From: Callorhinchus milii
Taxonomy: Eukaryota
DNA length: 64,000 bases
NCBI RefSeq assembly: GCF_018977255.1
Contig: NW_024704742.1
Span: 85,190,001-85,254,000, forward strand
Direction: 5' to 3'
The position numbers and the translations under genes are program-made. The notes beneath the pieces are model-generated. The model was not told where the DNA came from and made no database searches. It worked only from the letters and a program-made list of their open reading frames with translations. Every line of letters starts with the position of its first letter. Positions within the stretch are counted from its first letter, which is position 1. Below are positions 52,374 through 64,000 of the stretch, piece by piece.

Positions 52374-52831
52374 AGTCCTGATTGAAGTGGTGCCTTGTAG
52401 AGCTTCCTAATGCCACCATAAGTCTAGAAAGGCCAAACATAAAGGAACAGTTCTAGTAGCGCATTTTGATGTTTCTGTCTCCATTGAGAGCTTAAGTTTG
52501 AAGCTCTGATGGTTTATAAACCCCACTTTCTTCAATTAAGATTATTTTCCTGCCTTACGATGCTATTTGATGGTCTTTGTCCATTTTGCTGCTATTTTTG
52601 CTTGTTTTCCCCTGGTGGGATAGCAACAATTTGCCTTATGAATGGCATTTAGAACATTATAGCTTTTATTTCTGCATAGGATTTGTATCTAGGGTTAAGC
52701 AAGTTCATGTTTAATTATAAAAGTATGATTTCTGTTTACTTAAATTAAGAACTTAATTCTTGCAAAGTTTTACATTTATTATTTTATCTTGGAATTAACT
52801 TTCTATTTACTTGTCACATTCAAATCTACAG

Positions 52832-53031
52832 AATACTTAGTGGAACTGCAAGAATATGGACCAATTTATTCAACCTGGTCTACCGTAGAAGATGAGCTAA
52901 GTAAACCCCTTGACGGCATGTCAAATTGTGTTGACAACTGTTGTTCATCCCTGGAGGAATTGACTGAGGATATGTCTGAAGATTTTCTACCTGTTCTGAG
53001 AGAATACGTTCTTTACATTGAATCGATGAAG
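52832..53031 (+). CDS. SNX30: SNX30 exon 6 ([16 protein letters not shown]...[16 protein letters not shown]), BAR domain
   Basis: ctacag| acceptor, 200 nt, phase compatible with exon 5, donor AAG|gtcagg. Overlaps ORF 52789..53061. Confidence 0.95.
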
Positions 53032-54583
53032 GTCAGGAAAAAGTTCTGGGTTGGCTTATGATCTAGGTTATGTAATTTTGAGATTTAACTTTTGAATAGG
53101 AGCTTTGAAGATATTTTCAGATTACATTGGTTCCAATTTTAACAAAAAAAACTTTCCCAGAGATTTACATTTGTTTCTTTTAGCAATTAAGAATTGTGGT
53201 GCATAAACTCACAACAGCTAATATCACAGAAGTATAAACTTCTCAATGAGGTGCGAGTTTTTAGGGAATTAAAAATTTGAGTCACACTGGAAAGAGATCA
53301 CTAAAGAATTGGCTCACATGTTCTTTGTGAGTAAACAGAATTATTCCCATAGATTGTTTCCAAGTTGATTCCTTTTTTTTGTAACTAATACAATTTGAAT
53401 TATTTAATGATCCTCCTTCATAGTCTGATGTGGCAATAGCATTACATGTGTTGGAGGTAACCTTGAATGATATGAGATACTATTTATAAAATATTGGAAA
53501 TGACAATTAGCTCAATATTCTATCAGTGTAAGGAATTCTTGCTTTTGTGTAATTTATCATCTTGAGTGCTCTGGTGGAAGACTTTGCATAGTTTAGGATA
53601 TTCCACTGTTTCCTATTGTGTTCTGTTTAACCACAGAAGACAAACCATATTTTCTTTTGTTTGAAATTGAAGGTATCCACATGGAAAGAACAGTTACTTT
53701 TTACACACATGTCTGCACCTACTGAAGTCGCAACTTGCTAAAATGTACAAAGTAAAATTTTCATCCCTGTCGAATATAACTTAGCTCAAGTCGTATTTCA
53801 GCAAGCGAGTGACCTTGAATCAAATGTCGAAGATCCTAGTCGGGAATATTTGTTAGTTGTCATAGATTATTAAGTATTGGTTTGTGTACAACTTACAAGG
53901 AAGACAGTAAGGCAAAGCTCTGAACACCCTTAGTGATTTGGTCTCAAAACAGCCTCTTATGTAATAATCTACTCTGGTTAAAATGCAGTTTGCTAGGATC
54001 TAAATGCATTTAATTGAAATACCATTGAGTTGTTGCCTTTTTAATCTAAGGGTTGCTGTGGAGAAAAATTGTGCAAGAAGTACTTAGTATTTTAGTATTT
54101 CATACTGAATATACATTAGAGTTACTATCATTAAGATGTAGTGATATATTAGCAGATATAATATCGTAAATTGACTGCAGGCCATTTAGCAAGTTACATA
54201 CACTGAATAATCTAAGATGATGATGAAATTGGATTTTTGTCATAAATTTGTTTTATAGAGTGACATTTGTGGTATCAATAAGTTCAGAAGTTAAATTGAT
54301 CAGTGAATACCAATTGACAGGCTTTATATAATGGCTCTGTACCAAGTTAATCTATGAAGTTCAATAGTCCATTTTGTTAAAGGAGAGAGATTAAAGGACT
54401 TTGGCTAATTGTTGCATTTTGCTTAATTTAATTTCTGAAGCTTAACATTACTGTGGAACAAATGCCAAATTTCATGTTTATGGTCCATCAATATGGATAT
54501 TGTGTTTGAGGCTGATGAGTCCCAGGGAAAGGGCTGCTTCTATGCCAGGTTTTAAAGCTTGTTTTTGTTCATTTTTATCCTAG

Positions 54584-54670
54584 AATGTGCTCAGGAAAAG
54601 AGATCAAGTACAAGCTGAGTATGAGACTAAGCTTGAGGCAGCTGCTTACAAGAAAGAAGAAAAAACAGTG
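54584..54670 (+). CDS. SNX30: SNX30 exon 7 (NVLRKRDQVQAEYETKLEAAAYKKEEKTV)
   Basis: atcctag| acceptor, 87 nt, donor GTG|gtaagt. The remaining C-terminal exons were not found before base 64000. Confidence 0.93.
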
Positions 54671-56534
54671 GTAAGTACCATTAAACTCTTTCATTACAAA
54701 ATCCGATTGACACTCTACAATTTAATAGGCATAGTTATTGAAGGGAGTAAAGGCTTATGTTTATGTAACATCTTTGTTTAAGAAACTTCTCAAAGCATTT
54801 TACAGAATGATTAAAAATGAAGGAATATTAGGCAGGCAAACTCGGCAACTAATTTGCAATTGACCAGCAATCTCAAACGTTATAAGTATCCATAATACAG
54901 GGAAACACTTATACAGTGCTTTGCTGGAACACTGGTTTGGTTATTGAGGTTTGAACGCCGACATTAACTTAACCAAAATATCAAAATACACGGCTGGCTC
55001 CACTGCCGTTATCGCACATGGAAGGCTTTCAGGTTATCAGATCAGTGGCAACTTGATGACACAAGAAGTTGAACATTTTGTCTTGCCCTTTCTGTAGGTT
55101 GTACAGTGAATGCAGAAGCAAACTGGCACTCACATCAGTTATAGCTCTGTTTGGACGACAACTATTATAGTATTATAAATATCGATTTATGATGGGGCTC
55201 CATTGTAACTTGGATTTTTGGGTAAAATATTTATCTCAGTACAGATGCAAGGTGCTGCATATAGAAAGTAAGATTAGGAAGCATGTGTCCTCCATGAATT
55301 AGATAACACTTGCCAATGGGGAAGCTGAGAGGGATATAGAGATGTTGGTTGACTCATCACACACACAATGTTAAAGGCTTGACTGCTGATGGTGGGTTGA
55401 GGGACATGCAGGAACCGGAAGTTTGTCAAGTGGATGGGACAAGCAGAAGAGGGAGGTTGGGGAACTTATAATAATAATAATCCTTGCATTTCATATAGTA
55501 CTTTTCACGTCTTCTCGATGTCTCAAAGCGCTTCACAGAATATGCTATAAAATGAATTGATTGTATATTTGTGGGCGAACTTCACAGGGATGGTGAGATG
55601 CTAGGGTGTGAAGGGATTTATAGGTGAGGGTGAAACCCTGGAAATTGATCTTTTGGGAGATATGTAGCCTGGCAAGTGCTGGAGTGATGGGCATGTGACT
55701 TTTCAGGATGTAGGTGTCAATTTTGAATGAGTTGGATCCTGTGATTGCTGGAATTAGGGAGATTGCTGAGGAATGTGTTTTGAGAGGTTTGAATCTGGAG
55801 GTATCAAAGGCGTGAATAAGCGTTTTGTGTGAGACGGGTCAGAGGCAGGCACTGTGGCAAAGGTGAAGAAAAACAGTCTTTGTTAGGGACCAAATGAAGA
55901 AAGGAGAGGCAAGGATTGAACCAAAAAAGGTTGGGCACTGGTTCACTGAATTCGAGAGGCCAGGGAAGTTGAGGTCAGAGACGGAATTGAGAAAATGTTG
56001 GCAGGAGCTGAGGAGGATGCTTTTGTTTTGTTAACACTGAGCTGCAAGAAATTAAAGTAACTGGTTTAGGGCAGCAAAATATCTAAATATGTATAATTAT
56101 TAAATATTAAATATATAAGTATTAAACAGAATATACTGTCAATCTACTTTGCAGTATATTCTGTGAAGTGCTTTGAGACTTCTCAATGATGTGATAAAGC
56201 GCTATATCAAATGCAAGTATTATTATTATGGACAATTTCAGGACTTACGCCAGGAAGGATTTCTTGACCTAGATAGTAATTAACAACTGGAACAGGTTAC
56301 CAGGAAAGGTGGTTGATGCCAGGAGGCTGGATTCATTTTTTTTAGAAAAACTTGAGTTTGTGATGAAAGGATGGTAGTGTGGGTTTTCTGGAAGGATTTG
56401 ATCAAATGGGCTGGAACTTGTATGATTGTTGTAGTGAGTGTTACTCTACATCTTGCCATGCTTGGCCGGGGGCTTGATACTGATACTGGGAGAGAATGTT
56501 TGATTTGAAATCACTTTCTCTGATGAGCACAATT

Positions 56535-56850
56535 ATAATAATTCTTGCATTTAATATAGCGCCTTATCACGTTGTTGAAATGTCTCAAAAGTGCTTCACA
56601 GAATATATAGTAAAATAGAGTGAAATATGGCAGCACAGCAGTGTCACACAAACAGTCATGGATTGAATGACCTTATTTATTTATTTTTGGAGGTATTATT
56701 ACCCCCCTAAAGTTATCTGTCAATTGACTAACAACTGGGTTCCTACTTATTGTTGGTAAATAGAGTTGTGTGGAGTAAGGAAACGTGCCTAAGGTTTCAC
56801 CCTACTGGCGAATCGAACCTGGTTCCTCTCATTTGGAGGTGAGAGTGCTA
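56535..56850 (-). mobile_element. tRNA-derived SINE, older subfamily
   Basis: Diverged reverse complement of the long form. Confidence 0.7.
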
Positions 56851-57749
56851 GGTAGAGTAGGGTGATTATTATAGGAAGGACTCTTAGCCCTAATAAATAA
56901 TTGGACTCTGTTGCTATACTAACTGGTTAATATCATTGGTTAATTCTGATTGTACCATTCAATATACTGAAGTTGTGTGTTCACTATGTAGCTCTCAATT
57001 CTGTACTGCTTGGAGATTTCATAGTATTTATACTTGAAGTGACTTCCTTTGTAAACTTGTATTTTGTTTAATCTGCAGGAATTGTATGCATTCTACAGAT
57101 GTTTTTTCCTTTAGTTCACGAAGGAAAGGTTCAACCCAAGTGCAGAAACAACATTTGGAAAACTGTAAAAATAGCCAAATTCTAATATCTAGAGCCAAGT
57201 GCTGTGGATTATTACACTTGACTGTGTCAACCAATGTAGTAAGATTCTTCAAATAATTGCACTTTTCTAAAATAAAACCCTAGGATTTCTTTGGTATTTG
57301 CTTTTAAACAAACTTCAAATAAAACTTTTTAAAAAAAATTGTAACAGTTATACATAGCTTTGCAGTAATAAATATTTATTCAATACTTGGCAAAATTTCC
57401 TATCTCTGGAACAAGTTCTTGGGGACTTCAATATGCAAGTTTATTTTTGCATTTCAATAGAGAATTGAAAGCCAATTTTTCAAATTCTGTAAATCTCACC
57501 ATGGAAATTTCATTGTATTTATAATTGAAGTGACTTCAAATTTTGTCACTATAAAATGAGCATATTATTTGACACCACCACTAAAGTGTTAGGAAACGTA
57601 TAACAGGAGAAACCCCTTGTCTCTCTCTCTCCCCCCCCACCACCATCACCACATTCAGTCAATCTGCAGTTCTGCTTTTTTTTTGTAGGGACACATTAAT
57701 ATAGTGCATCTTAAAAAGTTTTTTTTCTTCTCTCACTCTCTCCCAAAGA

Positions 57750-58280
57750 CAACAAATTGCATATACATAGCACCTTTCATGTCAGAAGGACGTCCCAAGG
57801 CACAGGACAATGAGAGATGTGCACCCGAGCTGCAGGTTGGGATCAGAGTGGGGTGGAGGAAAAGAGGGGTGAAGAAGGGAAGGTGACCAAAGGCACAGTT
57901 GAAAAGGAAGGTCTTGAGACGTACCTTGAAAGAGGCAAGGGAGGGGGAGAGCGGTGGTGCTCTGGACTGAGTTCCAGAGGGTGGAGGCAGGAAAGCTGAA
58001 GGCCTGACTGTCAATAGTCAAGGAGGAAGTGTAGAGACATGGACCAGGCCAGTGCCTGCCGAGCAGAGGGAGTGAATGGGTTGGTTAAGTTTTGATAGGT
58101 GACAGAGGTAGGGTGGAGGGCTTTAAATGTGAGGTCAAGGATCTTGCACTCAATCCTCTGGGACGTAGGAGCCAGGAAGCTTAGTGCGGGAGAGGACATG
58201 AGCTGCAGAGTTCTGCATAATCTGCAGCTTGTGATGGGACGAGTTGGAAAGACCAGCGATTAGGGAGTTTCCACATGTGT
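57750..58280 (-). mobile_element. L2 3' fragment
   Basis: Reverse-complement tail and SLASFKVRLKTFLF peptide. Confidence 0.75.
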
Positions 58281-58779
58281 CAAGACACCTGACTGGAACT
58301 GTGACTGCTATTCCTGTGTGTAAATTGGCTGCTGCATTCACCAACAAAATGCATGGTTATGACACTTTGCAGTAAATCCTTTGAAGGTCTTTGAGATGTT
58401 TTGACAACATAAGATGCTATATCAAATACAAGGATTAACTATCATTTCAGTGACTTTAGTTTTATAGGATTCCTTTAGTACAGGATCTGAAACTAATAAG
58501 GCTATCCCAGTTGGGGGCAGTGGTTTCGCCTGATGCCAATATGTCCTTTGATTGGAATAAGATACTTGAACAGAAAACCAAGTCCTAATACTTCCAGAGA
58601 GGGATCAAATAACTGTACGTTGGGAAGAAATTATGCTTGTAATTGACTGGGTGCATGCAGCCCTGTATTTGGTTCATTGGATGAAATCAACTCAAAAACA
58701 AACATTCCAGATTGACTTTATTGTGCAAATGCCCTCCAGCTAGAAATTTACTATAGGACGGCAGTTATGCTGTATGTTT

Positions 58780-59985
58780 ACAACAACAAAATTACATTTG
58801 TAAAGCGCCTTTCACGTCGGGAGGACGTCTCAAGGTGCTGAACAGTCAGGGATCAGGACCCGAGCGTGGGGGCTGCAGGGTTGGGACGAGGAAGGGCAGA
58901 GAGGTAGGAGGACCGCTGAAGGCACAGTCTTGAAGGAGGCGAGGGAGCAAGGTGAAGGGATTGTGGGATGGAGTTCCAAAGGGTGGGGTCAGAGAGGCTG
59001 AAAGCCCGGCCGCCAATGGTAGGGTGGGTCGGGAGAGAGATATGGAGCAGGCCGGAGCCTGTTGAATGGAGGGAGCAGACAGGTTGATTGGGGGTCAGTG
59101 GGTGGGAGGGGGCAAGGCTGTGGATGGCCTTGAACGTGAGGACGAGGATTTTTAATTCTATCCTCTGAGGGATGGGGAGCCAGAGTGGAGTTCGGTAAGG
59201 GTGGGGATGATGGGGGCACAGAGTCTGGTGTGGGGGAGGACACAAGCTGCAGGGTTGTTCTGGATGATCTGCAGCTTGTGGAGGGAAGAGGCCGACAAAG
59301 AGGGAGTTTCTGTAGTCGAGCCTTGAGGTGACGAATGCGTGTATGAGGGTTTCGGCAGCCTGAGGGGTGAGGCAGTGGCGGAGTCGGGCAATGTTGTGGA
59401 GGTGGGGGAAGGCAGTGGGTCATGGCATGGATATGGGGAAGAAAGGACAGTTGAGGGTCCAACAAGATGCCCAGGTTCCTGACTGGCTTGGTGAGGTGAA
59501 GATTGCATCCATGCATGTTGATGTTGCCAGTGCCTGAGGTGCTGAGGGGCTGGCGAGTGCCAATCAAGAGGGTGACATTTTGCTGACATTCAGCTGTAGA
59601 AAGTTAGCTCTCATCCAGGACGTCAGTTGTCCTGGAATTGAGGGTGGAGGCAGAGAGATAATTGGATGTCATCAGCGTACATGTGGAAGTTGACCACATG
59701 TCTGTGGATGATATCACCAATGCAGAGCATGTAGAGGTTGAAAAGGAGCGGACCGAGGGCAGAGTTCTGAGGAACACGCAAGAGACTGTGCGGGGGCTGG
59801 AAGAGAAACCATTGGCAGAAACAAATTGGAGACGGTGTGATAGATAAGACCTGAACCATTCAAGGACAGAACCTTGAAGGTTGAGGTGAGAGGAGAGGCG
59901 CAGTGGAGAAGGTTTGAATGGTCCATGGTATTGAAGGCAGTAGAGAGTACCAAGAGGCAGAAGGAGCCCTGGTCACAGATGGACA
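58780..59985 (-). mobile_element. L2 LINE 3' half, older copy
   Basis: Minus ORFs with [10 protein letters not shown] and IGGRAFSLSDPTLWNSIPQ; reverse-complement tail at 58780-58845. Confidence 0.85.
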
Positions 59986-60957
59986 GGTTTAGATATATAT
60001 GCCTGCTCAGAAATTTGGATTCCATCATTTTGTATAGTTGAAGATATTTGAGGTGAAAGAAGGCATTTTTAAAAAAGAAACCTTGTCCATATTTGTATTC
60101 TTTTGGGTAATACACATGCCAGATTAAACCTCATTCAAAGAATAAAGACTTTGTCTCTAACAACAAATTACATTTGTATAGCATCTTCCACGTGGGGAGG
60201 ACATCCCAAGGCGCTGGATAGTCAAGGATTTGGAATACTGTAAATCTGAAGTATCTTATGAAAGAGGTACAAAATGATGAAAATCTGAGCCATTTTTTCC
60301 CCAAATCTATCCAAAGGAACATTAGTTGAATGGAATTCAGTTTTGTTTGGCATGCTTAAGTTCTTTATAAGCTATAAAATTGTATAAACATGCTGTAAGG
60401 TACAAATGGAAAGTTCCTCCTGGTGTGATGGCCAAGTATTTACAGTGAATTTTCCATTCTGTTGAGCAGAACCAGATTTTAAAACCAGTTAACAGCATCC
60501 GCCTGTCCTACTTGAGTGCAGTTCAGACTACAGATTTGCTGTAGTTCAGTACAACAATAATTTTCATTTCTATAGATAAGAGAAGGGGAGGGGATTTATA
60601 GGCGAGGGTGAGGCCTTTGAAGTCTATCTGACTTCAAATCGATTGAGACAGGATACATACGGTGAACCCTGGCCAGACTGGAGTGATGGCAGCGTTTGGT
60701 GTGAGTGAGAATGTGGTTGGTGAATATTGTATCTGCTGCATCTGATAGATGTTGGAACTAGGATGGCTTCTGCCTTGTCCGTGTTAAGGAGCAAGAAATT
60801 GAGGCTCTTTCAGGTTTTGGTGGCTGATAAGCAAGCAAACAATATTAGTGGACCAGGTATCCAGAGCAGTGGAAAAGTAGAGTGGGGTAATGTTGACCTC
60901 TAGAGGACAGAAGTGGTACATTTGCAAACAGGGAACTCATATGGTTATGCTTGTGTT

Positions 60958-61326
60958 AATAATAATAATAATAATAATCCTTGCATTTGATATAGCACCT
61001 TATCACATCTTCAAGATTCTCAAAGCGCTTCACAGAATGTACTGAAAAATGAATTGACTGTATACTTTGTGGGCAAAACGCAGCAGCCAATTGTGCACAG
61101 CAGTGTCCCACAAACAGTTGTGGATTGAGTGATCACATTATTATTATTTTTGAAGGGAATTTTACTCCTGGGAAAGCAAAATGTTATGGAAATTTGACTA
61201 GGAAGTGGATTTTAATAAATGGAATATACTGTAAAGTGAATTGACTGTATATTTTGTGAGCTGGGAATCGAACCTAGGTCTCTCGCTTGCAAGGCGAGTG
61301 CTCTAAACACTGAGCTACAGGACTCC
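60958..61326 (-). mobile_element. tRNA-derived SINE, internally rearranged
   Basis: Tail at 60958-61140 and head at 61260-61326; the middle is replaced by a second piece of the 3' body. Confidence 0.8.
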
Positions 61327-61419
61327 TGTAGATATATTTATTTTGACTGGTTCTTTATCCCACATTTAAAACAACCCACAAAAATACTTGTTGTCCAGTT
61401 CAGACACACTTTTCCGTAA

Positions 61420-61678
61420 ACAAAACACAAAATACTGCAGATGCTGGAATCTGAAACAAAAACAGAGAGTTGGGAAAACTCAGCAGGTCAGGCAGCACCT
61501 ATGGAGAAAGGAAAATGAGTCAACGTTTCGGGTCCATGACCTTCGTCAGAACACAGACTGGAACACAGAGCAGTATGGTTCTGATGAAGGGTCATGGACC
61601 TGAAACGTTGACTCACTTTCCTTGCTCCATAGAGGCTGCCTGACCCACTGAGTTTTCCCATCCCTCTCTGTTTTTGTT
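61420..61678. mobile_element. Palindromic repeat element (about 100-bp inverted arms), Penelope-like pseudo-LTR derivative suspected
   Basis: Arms at 61455-61552 and 61578-61678 are imperfect reverse complements around a 25-nt spacer; each arm has CTGANGA...GAAACGTT. Confidence 0.7.
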
Positions 61679-64000
61679 ACACTTTCTCGTGTTCTGCAGT
61701 TAGTAAACTGGAATGCTAGGGCACTGCCCCTCACCTTGTTGATAGCAAAGTTGCAAAGACATGCAATTCTGGAATTGCGATCCTGTATTACTCTGAATAG
61801 TTTGCAGAGGGCTAAATAGTTTGTAAATGTTCCCTATAAGTTAATAGTAAAGTTGAATGTGCAGCAAACTGTTAATTTCCTGTTTGCTCCTATAATACTT
61901 ATAGACAATATCTAATGGGCAGATTAGTTTCATATCTGATTTGAGCTGCACATGTCATAAATGTAGCCTGAATCTTTTTCTTCAATCCCAAATGAATTGA
62001 CACCTTGCTCACACTCGCTCTTGAGCCTTACTTGTGAGGAACACTCACTGAAGTGAATTGCAGGTGGTGATGGTGGATCTATGAACTGTCCCTCAGCTTG
62101 AATGATGAGTCTCCTCCAAATGATTGGGGAAATAACTAACCAAAGAGCGGAATTCTGTAAAGGATGTTCACAAAGTCCTGTTACCCCCATGTTTTTTCTT
62201 ACAATGCTGACCAACAACTGAAACATGTGGAAGAATAATGATAATTCTATTTAGGAGTACTTCACTGTGTTCAGTACAAGTGTTTAACTGTATTTAGACA
62301 TCCAGAGGATCAGTGTTGGAGCGCCATCGTTTTCATGGCAGATAATGATCCGTCACCATGTTTGGTGCAACATCTTCCGTAACACGATGGAGTGAGGAGG
62401 TGAAATGCATTTCTGACAACTTGTTTCAGCTCCTCTGTAGTCTCGTATCACTGTTTTGTAACGGGGTAACAGGACTTTCTAGTTATTAAAATGCGGAATT
62501 TGTTGACTTGCAAGAGTACACAGTGAACTGTCGGGAGAATGGGATGTTTAGTGGGTTTTTCTGGTAACTATTCTGGGTTTGGTGCAGCATTGATGATTAG
62601 CAATACAAATGAGAATTAGGTGGCAGGTTTGAATAGCTTATCTCAGCCAGGCAACAATTAGAACCACCGAGTTCCCAGTCCTAATTGCTGTCCAGAAACT
62701 CTTTCTGGAAGATTGTGTGTGTTTGAGGACCATTTGTGATTTAGCCACACTGCCCCTTGTAGTAAATGATCCTACGCAGACAATGACAATGTCTGTCATT
62801 GTCAAGACAATGGCAACTTGGACAGTTTCTATTGTCCGGAATTGTATCCCAACAAAAGGAAAGAAAATCAAAATACCTTGAGTGGAGGGAGATGATTGGA
62901 AGACAAACAACAAGAATCCAAATGCATGCCAGAGTACGACAGAGAGGAAAACTGCGTCGGAAATAAAGAAATGGCAGACATAGTAAAACTGTAAATGCTG
63001 ATAAACTTTACTGTGAATACTGTTGTAAAAATGTATTTGGGCTTCTGACTGAAGGAAATTATTATACTCCTATGCTGCCGGCTTTGCAGTCAAGTTTCTA
63101 TTAATGTTAAATATGAAGTGCTCATGATTTGTATTGATCTGTCCTGGAGAAGTTGTTTTGCTTGATTGTGAGCTGCACTAACATCAGAGGATAAATTAAT
63201 TCAGTACACATCAGGCTGATAATTTAGCTTTTCCGAGAAAATCTGTTTCAGGTATTTCTCACATTTTTCAGGAGTACTTTCTGTGATTAAACCAAATTAA
63301 CTGAACAAATTGTTACTTGTAGATTTCCTCATTTTTACTAATTTGCTTTAAATTTGCACTCCTTCCTCTTCTCTTTGCCTCACCTCCCAAATCCTTGCCT
63401 CACCTTTAGGGAATGAGCAATTTTGATTAGGATTGTACCAAATATCTTCATTCCACTTAAGCAGATGAAATCGTATTATACTTTTATTTAAGCTTTCCTA
63501 CGGATCTAAATGTTGTCAAAGGTATGACCTTCTCCATGTTTTTTTTGGTCAGCCGGGTGTGACACATGCGGAAACTATCACCATACTTAAAAGTATCAAA
63601 ACCAAGTTGAGATTTCCATACATCCCACCTACACATTGAAATCCCAGAGAGAGATTGTTGGAATAGAGGAACCCATTCTGCTTACTTAATTCCTGAAAGT
63701 ATTAGTCACAAGTTGGCAAGTGCCAAGGCTTGGGGACCCCAAAGTGTGTGTTGGTACTGCTGGAGTCTAACCAGCTAAAACTGCATAGCTTGCCATTGAT
63801 ATTGCTGTCCAGCAAGCTTTCCCGCTGTTTGTCCCGCTAGGACCACCCTACCAGTTAGGGCTTTGGCCTGCAGGATTAATGAGAGCTGAGTGGGATGATT
63901 CCCTGTCCCCAGTGACTGGTCTGCCCTTCCAGGGCCTGCCAATGAGCCAGACTGGCTGTGCTGTCATCAACAGTGCCCTGGAGTACTGCAGACCTCGCTG

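Noticed and set aside
54510..54535. CTGATGA...GAAA hammerhead-like spacing upstream of exon 7
   Set aside because: No closing stem II pair before GAAA, and no stem III or NUH; a chance match.
54671..64000. SNX30 exons 8-9
   Set aside because: No segment encoding the expected C-terminal BAR helix with splice sites was found by eye; candidates near 57110 and 62880 hit stops or lack similarity.

Overview
Vertebrate genomic DNA, not prokaryotic. The repeat families suggest a cartilaginous fish; this is inferred and the species is not identified. The window holds two divergently arranged genes. INIP (SOSS complex subunit C) is on the minus strand: its first coding exon is at 5701-5745 and a CpG island around 13430-13960 is its probable promoter. 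SNX30 (PX-BAR sorting nexin 30) is on the plus strand, with coding exons 1-7 read directly with GT-AG junctions and a continuous frame (23596-54670); the last exons lie beyond the window. The rest is intron or intergenic DNA packed with L2- and CR1-clade LINE fragments, a young tRNA-derived SINE that shares the L2 3' tail, older Deu-type SINEs and several minisatellites. Nearly all long ORFs in the supplied track are repeat or LINE artefacts. I found no convincing new protein-coding system. The most interesting signals are non-coding: a palindromic element carrying two minimal hammerhead-ribozyme-like cores, a tandem array of CTCF-like motifs before SNX30, several template-switch-type hairpins (one pre-miRNA-like), and L2 copies that share inactivating frameshifts.
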